Assembly: GCA_049521895.1 (NCBI GenBank)
Contig: JBEKOJ010000001.1
Location: forward strand, 482,717 to 546,716
DNA length: 64,000 nucleotides
Direction: 5' to 3'
DNA from: Candidatus Saccharimonadales bacterium
GTDB taxonomy: Bacteria > Patescibacteriota > Saccharimonadia > Saccharimonadales > UBA10212
The position numbers were made by a program, and so were the translations under genes. Positions 42,141 through 50,125 of the stretch are shown here, in pieces; within the stretch, counting starts at the first letter, position 1, and every line of letters starts with the position of its first letter. The notes under the pieces were generated by a model. It was not told the DNA's origin and searched no databases. It saw only the letters and a list, made by a program, of their open reading frames with translations.

Positions 42141-42671
42141 ATGATTAAACGCTGGAAAGAGTTGAGCCGAGAGGAAGTTCTTAGGAAATACTCTTGGCTA
42201 ATTGAAAAGAGGGTTTATAAATTACCAAGTGGCGAAGTGGCCGATTACTACATTCGAGCCGTAAAATCGGGGGCTTGTGTTCTAGCAGTTACTGAAGGCA
42301 ATCAAATTGTTACGGTTAAGCAATATCGCCCTGGACCTGACCGAATTTACAATGAGCTACCTGGTGGAGTCGTAGAAGATGATGAAGATCCTAAATTGGC
42401 GGGTATACGTGAACTAAAGGAAGAAACTGGTTATTTTGGGGATGTGGTTTGGCGGGGTCAATGGCAGAACGATGCATATACTCAGCAAGAAAGAAATATC
42501 ATTGTCGCAACCAACTGCAAAAAGGTTAGCGAACCAAAACTGGATAACACAGAGTTTGCGGAAGTTGAACTTCTTAATATCAAGGATTTCATTACAAAAG
42601 CAAGAAATGGAGAGCTTACGGATACAGCTGGGGCTATGCTGGGATTAGATCATCTTGGGCTGCTAAAATAG
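42141..42671 (+). CDS. NUDIX hydrolase
   Basis: Nudix box GGVVEDDEDPKLAGIRELKEETGY. I set the start at ATG 42141 because the upstream part of the track ORF is repeat-encoded. Confidence 0.8.
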   Translation: MIKRWKELSREEVLRKYSWLIEKRVYKLPSGEVADYYIRAVKSGACVLAVTEGNQIVTVKQYRPGPDRIYNELPGGVVEDDEDPKLAGIRELKEETGYFGDVVWRGQWQNDAYTQQERNIIVATNCKKVSEPKLDNTEFAEVELLNIKDFITKARNGELTDTAGAMLGLDHLGLLK

Positions 42672-42710
42672 TCCTAACTTCCTCCACTACAGGGAGCCAT
42701 AGTTAGAACC
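42669..42710. repeat. Solo GTTCTAAC-type unit with 9-bp terminal inverted repeats
   Basis: TAGTCCTAACTTCCTCCACTACAGGGAGCCATAGTTAGAACC. Its TAG is the Nudix stop codon. Confidence 0.7.
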
Positions 42711-42719
42711 AAAATCTAT

Positions 42720-42740
42720 AGAGGTCAATCGCCTCTTTTA
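42720..42740 (+). terminator. Weak candidate terminator
   Basis: AGAGG-TCAATCG-CCTCT followed by TTTTATT. Confidence 0.4.
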
Positions 42741-42778
42741 TTCATTTGAGGGGGTATTTCTTGGTATAAAATAATCTT

Positions 42779-43030
42779 ATGACCACAAAAGAGATTGCCG
42801 AAGGTGTGGTGCACAAAGTGCCGGCGGATTTACGTAAAGCGTTGATATCTGATGAATCTGCACAAGAGCGGTGGGAAGACCTCACGCCACTGGCGCGCAA
42901 TGAATGGATTTGCTGGACAGTCTCCACCAAAAAACCGGAGACGAGAAAAAATCATATCGAGAGGACAATCACAGAGCTTTTGGAAGGCAAACGCCGGCCT
43001 TGTTGTTGGGCCGGCTGCATCCATCGTTGA
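42779..43030 (+). CDS. YdeI/OmpD-associated family small protein
   Basis: VPADLRKALISDESAQERWEDLTPLARNEWICWTVSTKKPETRKNHIERTITEL. Confidence 0.6.
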   Translation: MTTKEIAEGVVHKVPADLRKALISDESAQERWEDLTPLARNEWICWTVSTKKPETRKNHIERTITELLEGKRRPCCWAGCIHR

Positions 43031-43040
43031 AATAAGCAGC

Positions 43041-43059
43041 GGTTCTAATTTCCTCCGCC
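43041..43059. repeat. Variant GTTCTAAC-type repeat (GGTTCTAATTTCCTCCGCC)
   Basis: Located 11 nt after the YdeI-like stop and aligns with the TAGTTCTAACTTCCTCCAC units. Confidence 0.45.
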
Positions 43060-43123
43060 AGCCGGCGGAACTACGCCGGGGCCACGATTTACAAATACCA
43101 CAATTAGTGTTATTATTTGCTTT

Positions 43124-43427
43124 ATGAGCGAGGCATATCGACATATAGTTCTTTTTGGGCTTAAGCCTGAAACCAGTGACACAGACCCGAGCCAAAGCCG
43201 TTAACCTGTTACAGGAGCTTGGGCAAAGTGCAGTAGGTGTAAGAGAGTGGGTTGTGACCGAATCATTAGATAGCCGCAAGGGTGATGTCATTGTTGAAAA
43301 TGGGCTTTTTGAAAACCAAGCCGCTTTTGAGGAATTTAGAGCTTCCGAGGCACATCTTGAAGCTGGAAAATTTATGCAAGAAATTGCCGACTGGTTAGTT
43401 GGCGATTACCTAGAACATCAAAAGTAG
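43124..43427 (+). pseudogene. Dabb (stress-responsive alpha/beta-barrel) domain gene with an apparent frameshift
   Basis: The frame from ATG 43124 gives MSEAYRHIVLFGLKPETSDTDPSQSR* (a Dabb N-terminus). The rest of the domain (AKAVNLLQELG...FEEFRASEAHLEAGKFM) is in the +1 frame (track ORF 43155..43427). Confidence 0.6.
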
Positions 43428-43453
43428 TTCTAACTTCCTCCACTACGGGGAGC
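43425..43453. repeat. GTTCTAAC-type unit, left half only
   Basis: TAGTTCTAACTTCCTCCACTACGGGGAGC. Its TAG is the stop of the Dabb ORF. Confidence 0.65.
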
Positions 43454-43528
43454 AAGGGCCACTTTGGGTAAGATTTAAGAGCGCCCCAAAAGGCCCGGTG
43501 CAATGGTTCTTAGGGTATTGATGAGCAT

Positions 43529-44827
43529 CTAGAGCAAAGTAACTTGCTGAGCTGGAGCGAAATTTTTCCAATCCTTGTCAGAGAATATATGCACCGTACC
43601 GAATTCACCGTCATAACCAGGTTCAATTTGAAGCTGGTGAGTCCGGACACGCTTAATGGCTTCAGCGATTATGGGGCTGCTGGCAGCTTTGATAGAATCC
43701 AGATCCGCATCAAGCAGTACATTCAATTCGTCACTAAAGGTCTGCAGAAGCTTATCATATTGAGCGGTCACTTTTTTGGTGCCCGGTTTTACACGAAGAG
43801 CCTCGGCAATTATTTCTTCCAGGGGAACCAAAGACCAATAATCTGGCGCGCCCGAGGGCTTTTGGCCAGCAGGCCGGTCAGCTAGTGTTTCAACCCGCGA
43901 TAGTACGCCCACGGTAACCGGGCGGCCGCATACCGGGCAAAGGCCTTTGTGCTGTTTAGTCTGCTGCGGGTCCCAGCGGATACGGTGGGCGCTATGCCCA
44001 TCATAATGGTACTTGCCTTCCTCGGGAAAGAATTCAATGGTGCCAGCAAGTCTGGTGCGCGGCGTTGCAAGCTGTTGCTTTGCCCTGGCCGGTGCCCCAT
44101 ATTGTAGGGCGGCGGCCATGCCGTTGTAGCTAAGTTCACCGTCAAACTTGGTGGCTTCGCGGGCTAGTTTGGTAGCCGAGTGAGCATCGGAGCTAGACAT
44201 TAAAGCTACTTGATCCAGCTTGCTCAGTCGCCAGTTCATTGGCGGATCAGACGACAAGCCTGTTTCTATAGCCAAAATCTTGGGGGTTAGTTCTTCAAAA
44301 CACTCTTCGAGCGAATCAAATCCTGACTGCGAGCCTAGAACCCCAAACCATGGCGTCCAGGCATGAGCAGGTATTACTAAAGCTTCGGGATGAGCGATAA
44401 AGGCTAGCTCAGCAACTTGCTTAACGCTCAGGCCTACTATTGGCCGGCCGTCGCTGGCTAGTTTGGCTCCGTGGGTTGCCAGCAAGCTACTAAACCCTGA
44501 GGCGGCTTCAAGAGAAGGGACTAAAACCAGGGTATGAACACGACGGCCTCTGCCACCCTGCTGGTAAATGCTGGAGATCTCCACGCTCAAGACAAAACGG
44601 GTAGTGTTGCCGTCGGAAGCATCCTTTAACATCAATAAGCCCGGTTCTGGGGCAGGAGTTAGTAACTGTCTTATTTCGGAGAACCAGATAGGGTGTGTAA
44701 AATCGCCGGTTCCTAAAACGGTCAACCCTTTCTTGCGGGCAAATTCGTCAAGTATGGGTAAGGTTAGATAGCGCGAAGTAGCACGGGCAAAGCGCGAATG
44801 GACATGAAAGTCGGCGTAGTAAACCAC
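43529..44827 (-). CDS. PHP-domain protein of the endonuclease Q (TIGR00375-like) family
   Basis: N-terminus VYYADFHVHSRFARATS, a central PHP region, and a Zn-finger-like CPVCGRPVTVGVLSRV. GTG start. Its GC looks host-like by eye. Confidence 0.65.
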   Translation of the reverse strand: MVYYADFHVHSRFARATSRYLTLPILDEFARKKGLTVLGTGDFTHPIWFSEIRQLLTPAPEPGLLMLKDASDGNTTRFVLSVEISSIYQQGGRGRRVHTLVLVPSLEAASGFSSLLATHGAKLASDGRPIVGLSVKQVAELAFIAHPEALVIPAHAWTPWFGVLGSQSGFDSLEECFEELTPKILAIETGLSSDPPMNWRLSKLDQVALMSSSDAHSATKLAREATKFDGELSYNGMAAALQYGAPARAKQQLATPRTRLAGTIEFFPEEGKYHYDGHSAHRIRWDPQQTKQHKGLCPVCGRPVTVGVLSRVETLADRPAGQKPSGAPDYWSLVPLEEIIAEALRVKPGTKKVTAQYDKLLQTFSDELNVLLDADLDSIKAASSPIIAEAIKRVRTHQLQIEPGYDGEFGTVHIFSDKDWKNFAPAQQVTLL

Positions 44828-44907
44828 ATTTTTATTTTAGACCTTTTAAATGGAATTAAGTTTACTGAGCTCCTGCAAAGTACCAATGGACTGCTCTCGC
44901 CACTACT

Positions 44908-44933
44908 CCGGTTCGAGTCCGGCCTCCGGAGCC
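44908..44933. repeat. attR-like 26-bp direct repeat (orphan tRNA-Asn 3' end)
   Basis: CCGGTTCGAGTCCGGCCTCCGGAGCC, identical to 30579-30604. No complete tRNA can be folded here. Confidence 0.85.
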
Positions 44934-44944
44934 GTGAGTACGTG

Positions 44945-44966
44945 AATACTTAACAAGTTAAGTATT
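44945..44966. repeat. 22-bp palindrome family copy (perfect: AATACTTAAC-AA-GTTAAGTATT)
   Basis: Located 12 nt beyond the attR-like repeat. Confidence 0.8.
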
Positions 44967-45023
44967 TTTACGATCTTAGGTGTTATACTGAATGATGATA
45001 CCCAAAAATACGGGGTGTGATAA

Positions 45024-46232
45024 ATGAGTATTTTCCATGCCCCGAAACAGACTAGTAAGCACGTAAAAGATTTTGATTATTTGGCCGATGAGGCCTTTTA
45101 TTTTGATTCGGCTTGCCAGACCCTAAGGCCCCAACAAGTTATCGACGCCGTAAATGAGTATTACCACGAGTACAATGCTTGTGGTGACCGCGTAAAGTAC
45201 GAATGGGGGCTGAAAGTCGATGAAAAAATTCGAACAACCCGCCAGAACCTGCTGGTGCTCGCCGGCAAGTCAGACCGTGATTACGCCTGCGCCTTTACGC
45301 TCAACACCACTTATGGCATTAATTTGCTTTTGAGCCAGCTACCAGCCAAGACTTATGAACGGATTGTCACATCCGAGATAGAGCACAATTCTGTGTTCCT
45401 GCCCTCCATGACTTGGGCTAAGCGCTTTGGCATAGAGCGACTGGTGCTTGGGCGCGGCCCGGACGGTTCGCTAATTTACAGCACCAAAGACCTGGATAAG
45501 GGCATGGTAGTGGTCAATACTACGACGAACGTCAATGGTGTTAATCTGATCAACGCAGCCGAGCTGGCTAACGACGTACATCATGCCGGAGGGATAGTTA
45601 TGCTTGACGGAGCCCAGACCATGGGCCATAACCCGGAGTCAATTAAGAATGTGGATTTTGATGGCCTATGTTTTTCCGGCCACAAAATGTACGGGCCGAG
45701 CCTGGGCGTGATTATCATCAAGAGGAAGTTACTTGATGCGCTCGACTTAAGTTTTATCGGCGGCGGCACCGTGGAAGATGTGCAAAAAGACAGCTATACC
45801 CTGCTGCGCGGCGAGCCGGAAAGCCATTTGGAAGCCGGGCTACAAAATTTCTCGGGTATTATCGGCCTTAACGCAGCCGTTGAGTGGCAAAAAAATTACC
45901 GGCCGGAGGGCAAAAAGCCGCAACAGCATGAAGAATTTCTGGCGAATAAACTTTTTGCCGGCCTGAAAGCCATGCCGTCGGTGCAACTATTTAACCAAGC
46001 GCCAAGTTCAATCATAAGTTTTCATTCGAATAAGATTGATGCCCACAAACTGGCAATCTACTTATCGGCCGAAGGGGTTATGGCCCGCAGCGGCTATTTT
46101 TGCTGCCACTACTGGCTGGATGTCAAGAGTCATTTACCGCCGTTGCTTAGGTTGTCGCTGGGGCTCAATAACACCGAAGCGCAAGTGGATAAATTGCTCA
46201 ATACATTATCCGCTATTATCGGAGGCAGATAG
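45024..46232 (+). CDS. Class V aminotransferase / cysteine desulfurase-like PLP enzyme
   Basis: 402 aa with the PLP-lysine region CFSGHKMYGPSLGVIII and an N-terminus FDSACQTLRPQQVIDAV. Confidence 0.8.
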   Translation: MSIFHAPKQTSKHVKDFDYLADEAFYFDSACQTLRPQQVIDAVNEYYHEYNACGDRVKYEWGLKVDEKIRTTRQNLLVLAGKSDRDYACAFTLNTTYGINLLLSQLPAKTYERIVTSEIEHNSVFLPSMTWAKRFGIERLVLGRGPDGSLIYSTKDLDKGMVVVNTTTNVNGVNLINAAELANDVHHAGGIVMLDGAQTMGHNPESIKNVDFDGLCFSGHKMYGPSLGVIIIKRKLLDALDLSFIGGGTVEDVQKDSYTLLRGEPESHLEAGLQNFSGIIGLNAAVEWQKNYRPEGKKPQQHEEFLANKLFAGLKAMPSVQLFNQAPSSIISFHSNKIDAHKLAIYLSAEGVMARSGYFCCHYWLDVKSHLPPLLRLSLGLNNTEAQVDKLLNTLSAIIGGR

Positions 46233-46234
46233 GC

Positions 46235-47311
46235 GTGTTTTGTATAGCGGCATTTATAATCCTGGGGATCCTGGGTATTTTTTCGGCCCGCTACCGCCGC
46301 CTGGCCGCCGAGGCCTGGAAATGTGTCGCCCGCAAAACCACTTTCAGAAAATGTGATACCAATTTTAAAGAGGATTTAAAAAGCCGTTTGCTGAGCGGAC
46401 TGGCGGTTCACCGGCCGCGTTTGGCGCGATTTTTTGAGAAGTGGATTGAAGTCCTGGCTTTTATATTTGTAATCTTGGCAATCTGGAGTTTGCTGACCGT
46501 CTTGCGCAGCGGTCTTAATCTTTACGTGTATGATACTTGCAACCCGGGTCATCCGGAATCGTGCACGCTGAGTGCCCAGGCCTGCTCTATCGACTCGAAC
46601 TATCCCAGCTTTTGGCATTCACTACGGACGGGCCATCTGCTGAGCTGGGGGCATAACGACATCAAGCAATTTGTAGATACTATTGAACGTATTCCTGACC
46701 GGATGAAAAAATGGCAGCCGCTCAGCTACACCAGTAAAACCAGCTCTTATTACTACGCATTTAATCCGTCCAAACCTACTGCCCTGGAGATCGTTGACCC
46801 GGGCTGCGAGTTCTGTGCACAGTTGTTTAGAAACATGCAAGCCGCGGGCATAGAGAACCGCTACAACCTGACATATATCGCCTACCCTATCCCCAATCCA
46901 AACAGCAATACTTATAAGTTCGCTAATTCCTTCCTAATAGCTTCGTATCTTGAGGCAATACGGACACAGCCGCTCAGCGGCCTTAAGACTCCGGCCGACT
47001 GGCAAATACTGCAGCGGATTTTTAGCTGGCAGGATCCGGACCATATTATTTACCAATCACGTATAGACTATGTTTACACTGGGGCGCAGGTTGAGGCTCT
47101 GCTACAAAAATGGCTCGGGCAAATTGGTTACTCGGATCAGCAGGTGCAAAGTATCGTTTTTGCTACCAAATCTCAGGCCGTGAAAAGTGCAATCGCCCAA
47201 GACCGGCAAACGGTAGAACAACAGATCAAAACTGTTAAAATCCCCACTCTGCTTCTAGGCAGCCGGCGCTATGACGGTGTAGTTGATACTAAAGCACTAC
47301 AAAGCCATTAA
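46235..47311 (+). CDS. Membrane-anchored thioredoxin-fold (DsbA-like) protein
   Basis: GTG start, two N-terminal TM helices, several Cys pairs, and the CxxC motif VDPGCEFCAQLF. Confidence 0.6.
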   Translation: MFCIAAFIILGILGIFSARYRRLAAEAWKCVARKTTFRKCDTNFKEDLKSRLLSGLAVHRPRLARFFEKWIEVLAFIFVILAIWSLLTVLRSGLNLYVYDTCNPGHPESCTLSAQACSIDSNYPSFWHSLRTGHLLSWGHNDIKQFVDTIERIPDRMKKWQPLSYTSKTSSYYYAFNPSKPTALEIVDPGCEFCAQLFRNMQAAGIENRYNLTYIAYPIPNPNSNTYKFANSFLIASYLEAIRTQPLSGLKTPADWQILQRIFSWQDPDHIIYQSRIDYVYTGAQVEALLQKWLGQIGYSDQQVQSIVFATKSQAVKSAIAQDRQTVEQQIKTVKIPTLLLGSRRYDGVVDTKALQSH

Positions 47312-47365
47312 GTCATACCTGCCTCTTCTGAATTTACCGCAGAGGAGTTAGAATAAGTTGTAGTC

Positions 47366-47479
47366 ATGGATGGTGGGATTTTTGATAAGTACCTGCGCAC
47401 GGCTAATTACCTAACCGCGGCGCAGATTTTTTTGCAGGATAATTTCCTGCTGGCTACACATACTCATAAACTGAGCTGA
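47366..47479 (+). pseudogene. Phosphoketolase N-terminal remnant (37 codons)
   Basis: MDGGIFDKYLRTANYLTAAQIFLQDNFLL matches the conserved N-terminus of Xfp-type phosphoketolases (DKYWRAANYL..AQIYL.DNPLL). A stop follows soon after. Confidence 0.65.
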
Positions 47480-47490
47480 AGCTTGTTGCC

Positions 47491-47528
47491 TTTTAGATGC
47501 TTTCGGTATTAGATAAAAGCATCTAAAA
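47491..47528. other. 13-bp perfect hairpin just upstream of the DUF1761 SD
   Basis: TTTTAGATGCTTT (47491-47503) pairs with AAAGCATCTAAAA (47516-47528) across a 12-nt loop. The SD AGAGGA begins at the 3' edge. Confidence 0.5.
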
Positions 47529-47542
47529 GAGGATCTAGCAAA

Positions 47543-47950
47543 ATGCCAAGTGTAGATATTAATTATTGGGCTGTGCTGGTAGCGGCCATCATTAATATGA
47601 TGATTGGGAGCTTGTGGTACTCACCATCGCTGTTCGGAAAAGCCTGGTCCAAGCTGGTCGGCAAATCTATGAAAGATATGCGCGCTAACGGCCAGGCCGG
47701 TTACGCCATTTTGGCCTTGGGGGCTCTTGTGCAATCGTGGATCTTGGTACACTTTATAGAATACGCCGGTTCAACAACTATTTGGGAAGGGGTTGTTACT
47801 GGCTTTTGGTTGTGGCTGGCTTTTGTGGCCATAGTTATGGCCGGCAGTATGATTTTTGAAGGCCGTCCCTGGAAACTATGGCGAATCAACGCCGGTTACT
47901 TTTTAGCGGTGTTGGTAATTAATGGCGCCCTGCTGGCCGCCTGGCGCTAA
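47543..47950 (+). CDS. DUF1761-family membrane protein
   Basis: INYWAVLVAAIINMMIGSLWYSPSLFGKAWSKLVG and 4 TM helices. Confidence 0.7.
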   Translation: MPSVDINYWAVLVAAIINMMIGSLWYSPSLFGKAWSKLVGKSMKDMRANGQAGYAILALGALVQSWILVHFIEYAGSTTIWEGVVTGFWLWLAFVAIVMAGSMIFEGRPWKLWRINAGYFLAVLVINGALLAAWR

Positions 47951-48012
47951 ATTAACATAAACCTTTAGCTCAGCCATGTTACAATAAGATCGTAATAAGG
48001 GGTAATTAATCG

Positions 48013-48240
48013 ATGCAACCGCAACAAACTACGCAAGATCCGCCAACACAAACAACACCCGAACCGCCAACGCCAGGACCTATGCCTGGCCCGCAACCGC
48101 CGGCTGAGCCAACGCCACCGGCACCCGCGCCCGCCCCACTAGCCTCGCCAGCCGCTAAATCCTCTTCCATGAAATGGCTGATCGTCCTTTTGGTCGTGGT
48201 CATCGTTGCTGTAATAGTCTGGCTGGCAGTTAAGAAATAG
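48013..48240 (+). CDS. Pro-rich small protein with a C-terminal TM anchor
   Basis: 75 aa, PTQTTPEPPTPGPMPGPQPPAEPTPPAPAP followed by WLIVLLVVVIVAVIVWLAV. Confidence 0.45.
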   Translation: MQPQQTTQDPPTQTTPEPPTPGPMPGPQPPAEPTPPAPAPAPLASPAAKSSSMKWLIVLLVVVIVAVIVWLAVKK

Positions 48241-48458
48241 TGTGATAAAACTTGTGCCCGTCAAAGGCTATGGTAAACAGCCTGTGTGGCGGTAGGTGGT
48301 GGTTCACGTTTCATACAAAGCAGCAGCTTCTCAAGCAATTCTCTTGGTTATTAGCTGGTCAGTCCAATTTAAAGATAACAGTTTTTCATTTTGGCTGATC
48401 CGATGACTATGCTTTATAATAGTTATTAAATTTCAATAAAAAATAGGGGCTCTGCTTC

Positions 48459-50123
48459 ATGTTAAATTTGCCTACTAGGCAAAAAATTCCAATTATGCTG
48501 GCAGTAATGTCCGGCATGTTGCTGGCAGCCTTAGACCAAACGATCGTAGCCACCGCCTTACCACGCATAGTTAGCGAACTACACGGATTGAGAGACCTTA
48601 GCTGGGTAGTTACCGCTTATCTCCTGACATCTACTATTGCTATTCCTATTTCTGGCAAACTGTCTGATATCTATGGCCGCAAGAAGCTGCTGCTGATAGC
48701 AATTTTCGTATTCGTAACTGGTTCAGCGTTAAGTGGCTTGAGCCAAAACATGGCTGAGTTAATCATCTTCCGGGCCTTTCAGGGCATTGGCGCCGGTATG
48801 CTAATGAGCAACGCCATAGCCGTTATTGGCGACCTGTTTTCGCCGGCCGAACGCGGCCGCTGGCAGGGTCTTATTGGCGGCGTGTTTGGCTTGGCCTCGG
48901 TAATCGGCCCACTGGTAGGAGGCTATTTGACCGACCATGCTTCCTGGCGCTGGAACTTTTATATCAACGTCCCCGTTGGTATATTGGCTTTCTTCATGAT
49001 CAGCACCCTTATGCCGCACATCACGTCAGATAAAAAGCGCCAAAATATTGATTATCTCGGTGCTGGGCTACTGGCCGGCGGGCTATCAGCTTTACTGTTG
49101 GCCTTTGTCTGGGGTGGCAACCAATATGCCTGGGGCTCGGTGGAGGTAGTAGGTACATTGCTGGCCAGCATATTGTTACTGGCAGCCTTTGCTTTAGTAG
49201 AGCACCGTCACGCCAAAGACCCGATTTTGGAACTCGATCTCTTTAAAAACCGGACTTTCAGCTTATCAATGATAGTGGTCTTTCTGATCGGCATGGCGAT
49301 GTTCGGAGCAATCTTATATATCCCGCTATTTGCCCAGGATGTATTGGGGCGTAGCGCTACTAACTCGGGAGTTATCTTGACACCTATGGTCTTAAGCCTA
49401 GTGGTCACCAGCATAGCCGCGGGCCAATACGTGTCGCACAGCGGTAGGTATAAACGCTTAGTGGTAGTGGGTATGGCCGTGATACCAGTTGCACTGTTTT
49501 GGTTCAGTACTATGAACCCGCACACCACTAATCATCAGCTGGCCATCCGCATGATATTCGCCGGTCTGGGTCTGGGTGTCGGTATGCCGATTTTCAACCT
49601 GATAGTGCAAAACGCTTTTGACCACAGCAAAATCGGCGTAGTTACGGCCTCGGTGCAAATGTCGCGTAACATTGGCGCTACGGTAGGCGTGGCTGTTATG
49701 GGCAGTGTTTTAAATAACCGGCTGGGGCGCAGTCTCGCCAATCTCAATGCCAGCAGCTCAGCCCACCAATTAGCCAGCCTGAATTCTGGGCAGGCAGATT
49801 TTTCCAAAATTAACTCTAACCAATTGCAAACACTCCTGTCGCCGCAAAGCCAAAGCTCGATCATGGGCCGTATCGCCCAACTACCAGCTGACGTTCAACG
49901 CCAAACAATGCTGGCTTACGAGCACTTTATAACGGTCGTTAAAACCGCCTTATCCAGCTCGATCAGTGATGTATTTTTGGTATCCAGCATTGTGGTTTCT
50001 TTGGCCTTTTTTGCTACCCTTTTCCTCAAAGAAATTCCGCTGCGCACCGGTCGCGACCACGAACCCTTTCTGGATGAGATCGGCAGAGAGGTTAACGCCC
50101 CGGGTAGCGGGCAAGCTTTATAG
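48459..50123 (+). CDS. MFS transporter, DHA2 (EmrB/QacA-like, 14-TMS) family
   Basis: [27 protein letters not shown], and about 14 hydrophobic segments. Confidence 0.85.
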   Translation: MLNLPTRQKIPIMLAVMSGMLLAALDQTIVATALPRIVSELHGLRDLSWVVTAYLLTSTIAIPISGKLSDIYGRKKLLLIAIFVFVTGSALSGLSQNMAELIIFRAFQGIGAGMLMSNAIAVIGDLFSPAERGRWQGLIGGVFGLASVIGPLVGGYLTDHASWRWNFYINVPVGILAFFMISTLMPHITSDKKRQNIDYLGAGLLAGGLSALLLAFVWGGNQYAWGSVEVVGTLLASILLLAAFALVEHRHAKDPILELDLFKNRTFSLSMIVVFLIGMAMFGAILYIPLFAQDVLGRSATNSGVILTPMVLSLVVTSIAAGQYVSHSGRYKRLVVVGMAVIPVALFWFSTMNPHTTNHQLAIRMIFAGLGLGVGMPIFNLIVQNAFDHSKIGVVTASVQMSRNIGATVGVAVMGSVLNNRLGRSLANLNASSSAHQLASLNSGQADFSKINSNQLQTLLSPQSQSSIMGRIAQLPADVQRQTMLAYEHFITVVKTALSSSISDVFLVSSIVVSLAFFATLFLKEIPLRTGRDHEPFLDEIGREVNAPGSGQAL

Positions 50124-50125
50124 TG

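Larger units (their letters stand above)
30606..44907. mobile_element. Integrated genomic island / integrative element at tRNA-Asn (~14.3 kb, probably composite)
   Basis: Bounded by the 26-bp direct repeat. A serine recombinase is adjacent to the tRNA. It carries an XRE repressor, an Ltp-like sie gene and a helicase-nuclease operon. It is AT-richer by eye from 30.6 to about 43.4 kb. Confidence 0.7.

Noticed and set aside
42830-43291. 153-aa minus-strand ORF covering the YdeI-like and Dabb genes
   Set aside because: It overlaps two recognisable + strand domains and the repeat units, and its product has no motif. It is most likely spurious.
41661-43453. Integron gene-cassette array with attC sites (GTTCTAAC / GTTAGAAC resemble the RYYYAAC / GTTRRRY cores)
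   Set aside because: The core matches are only 6/7. The complete unit (~40 bp) is shorter than known attC sites. No IntI-type tyrosine integrase or attI is present in the window. I keep it only as an analogy, and the cassette-like organisation is reported separately.
44858-44933. A second complete tRNA at the right island border
   Set aside because: Only the T-arm and 3' acceptor half (26 nt) match tRNA-Asn. The upstream sequence cannot form the acceptor, D and anticodon stems, and the candidate is about 10 nt too short.
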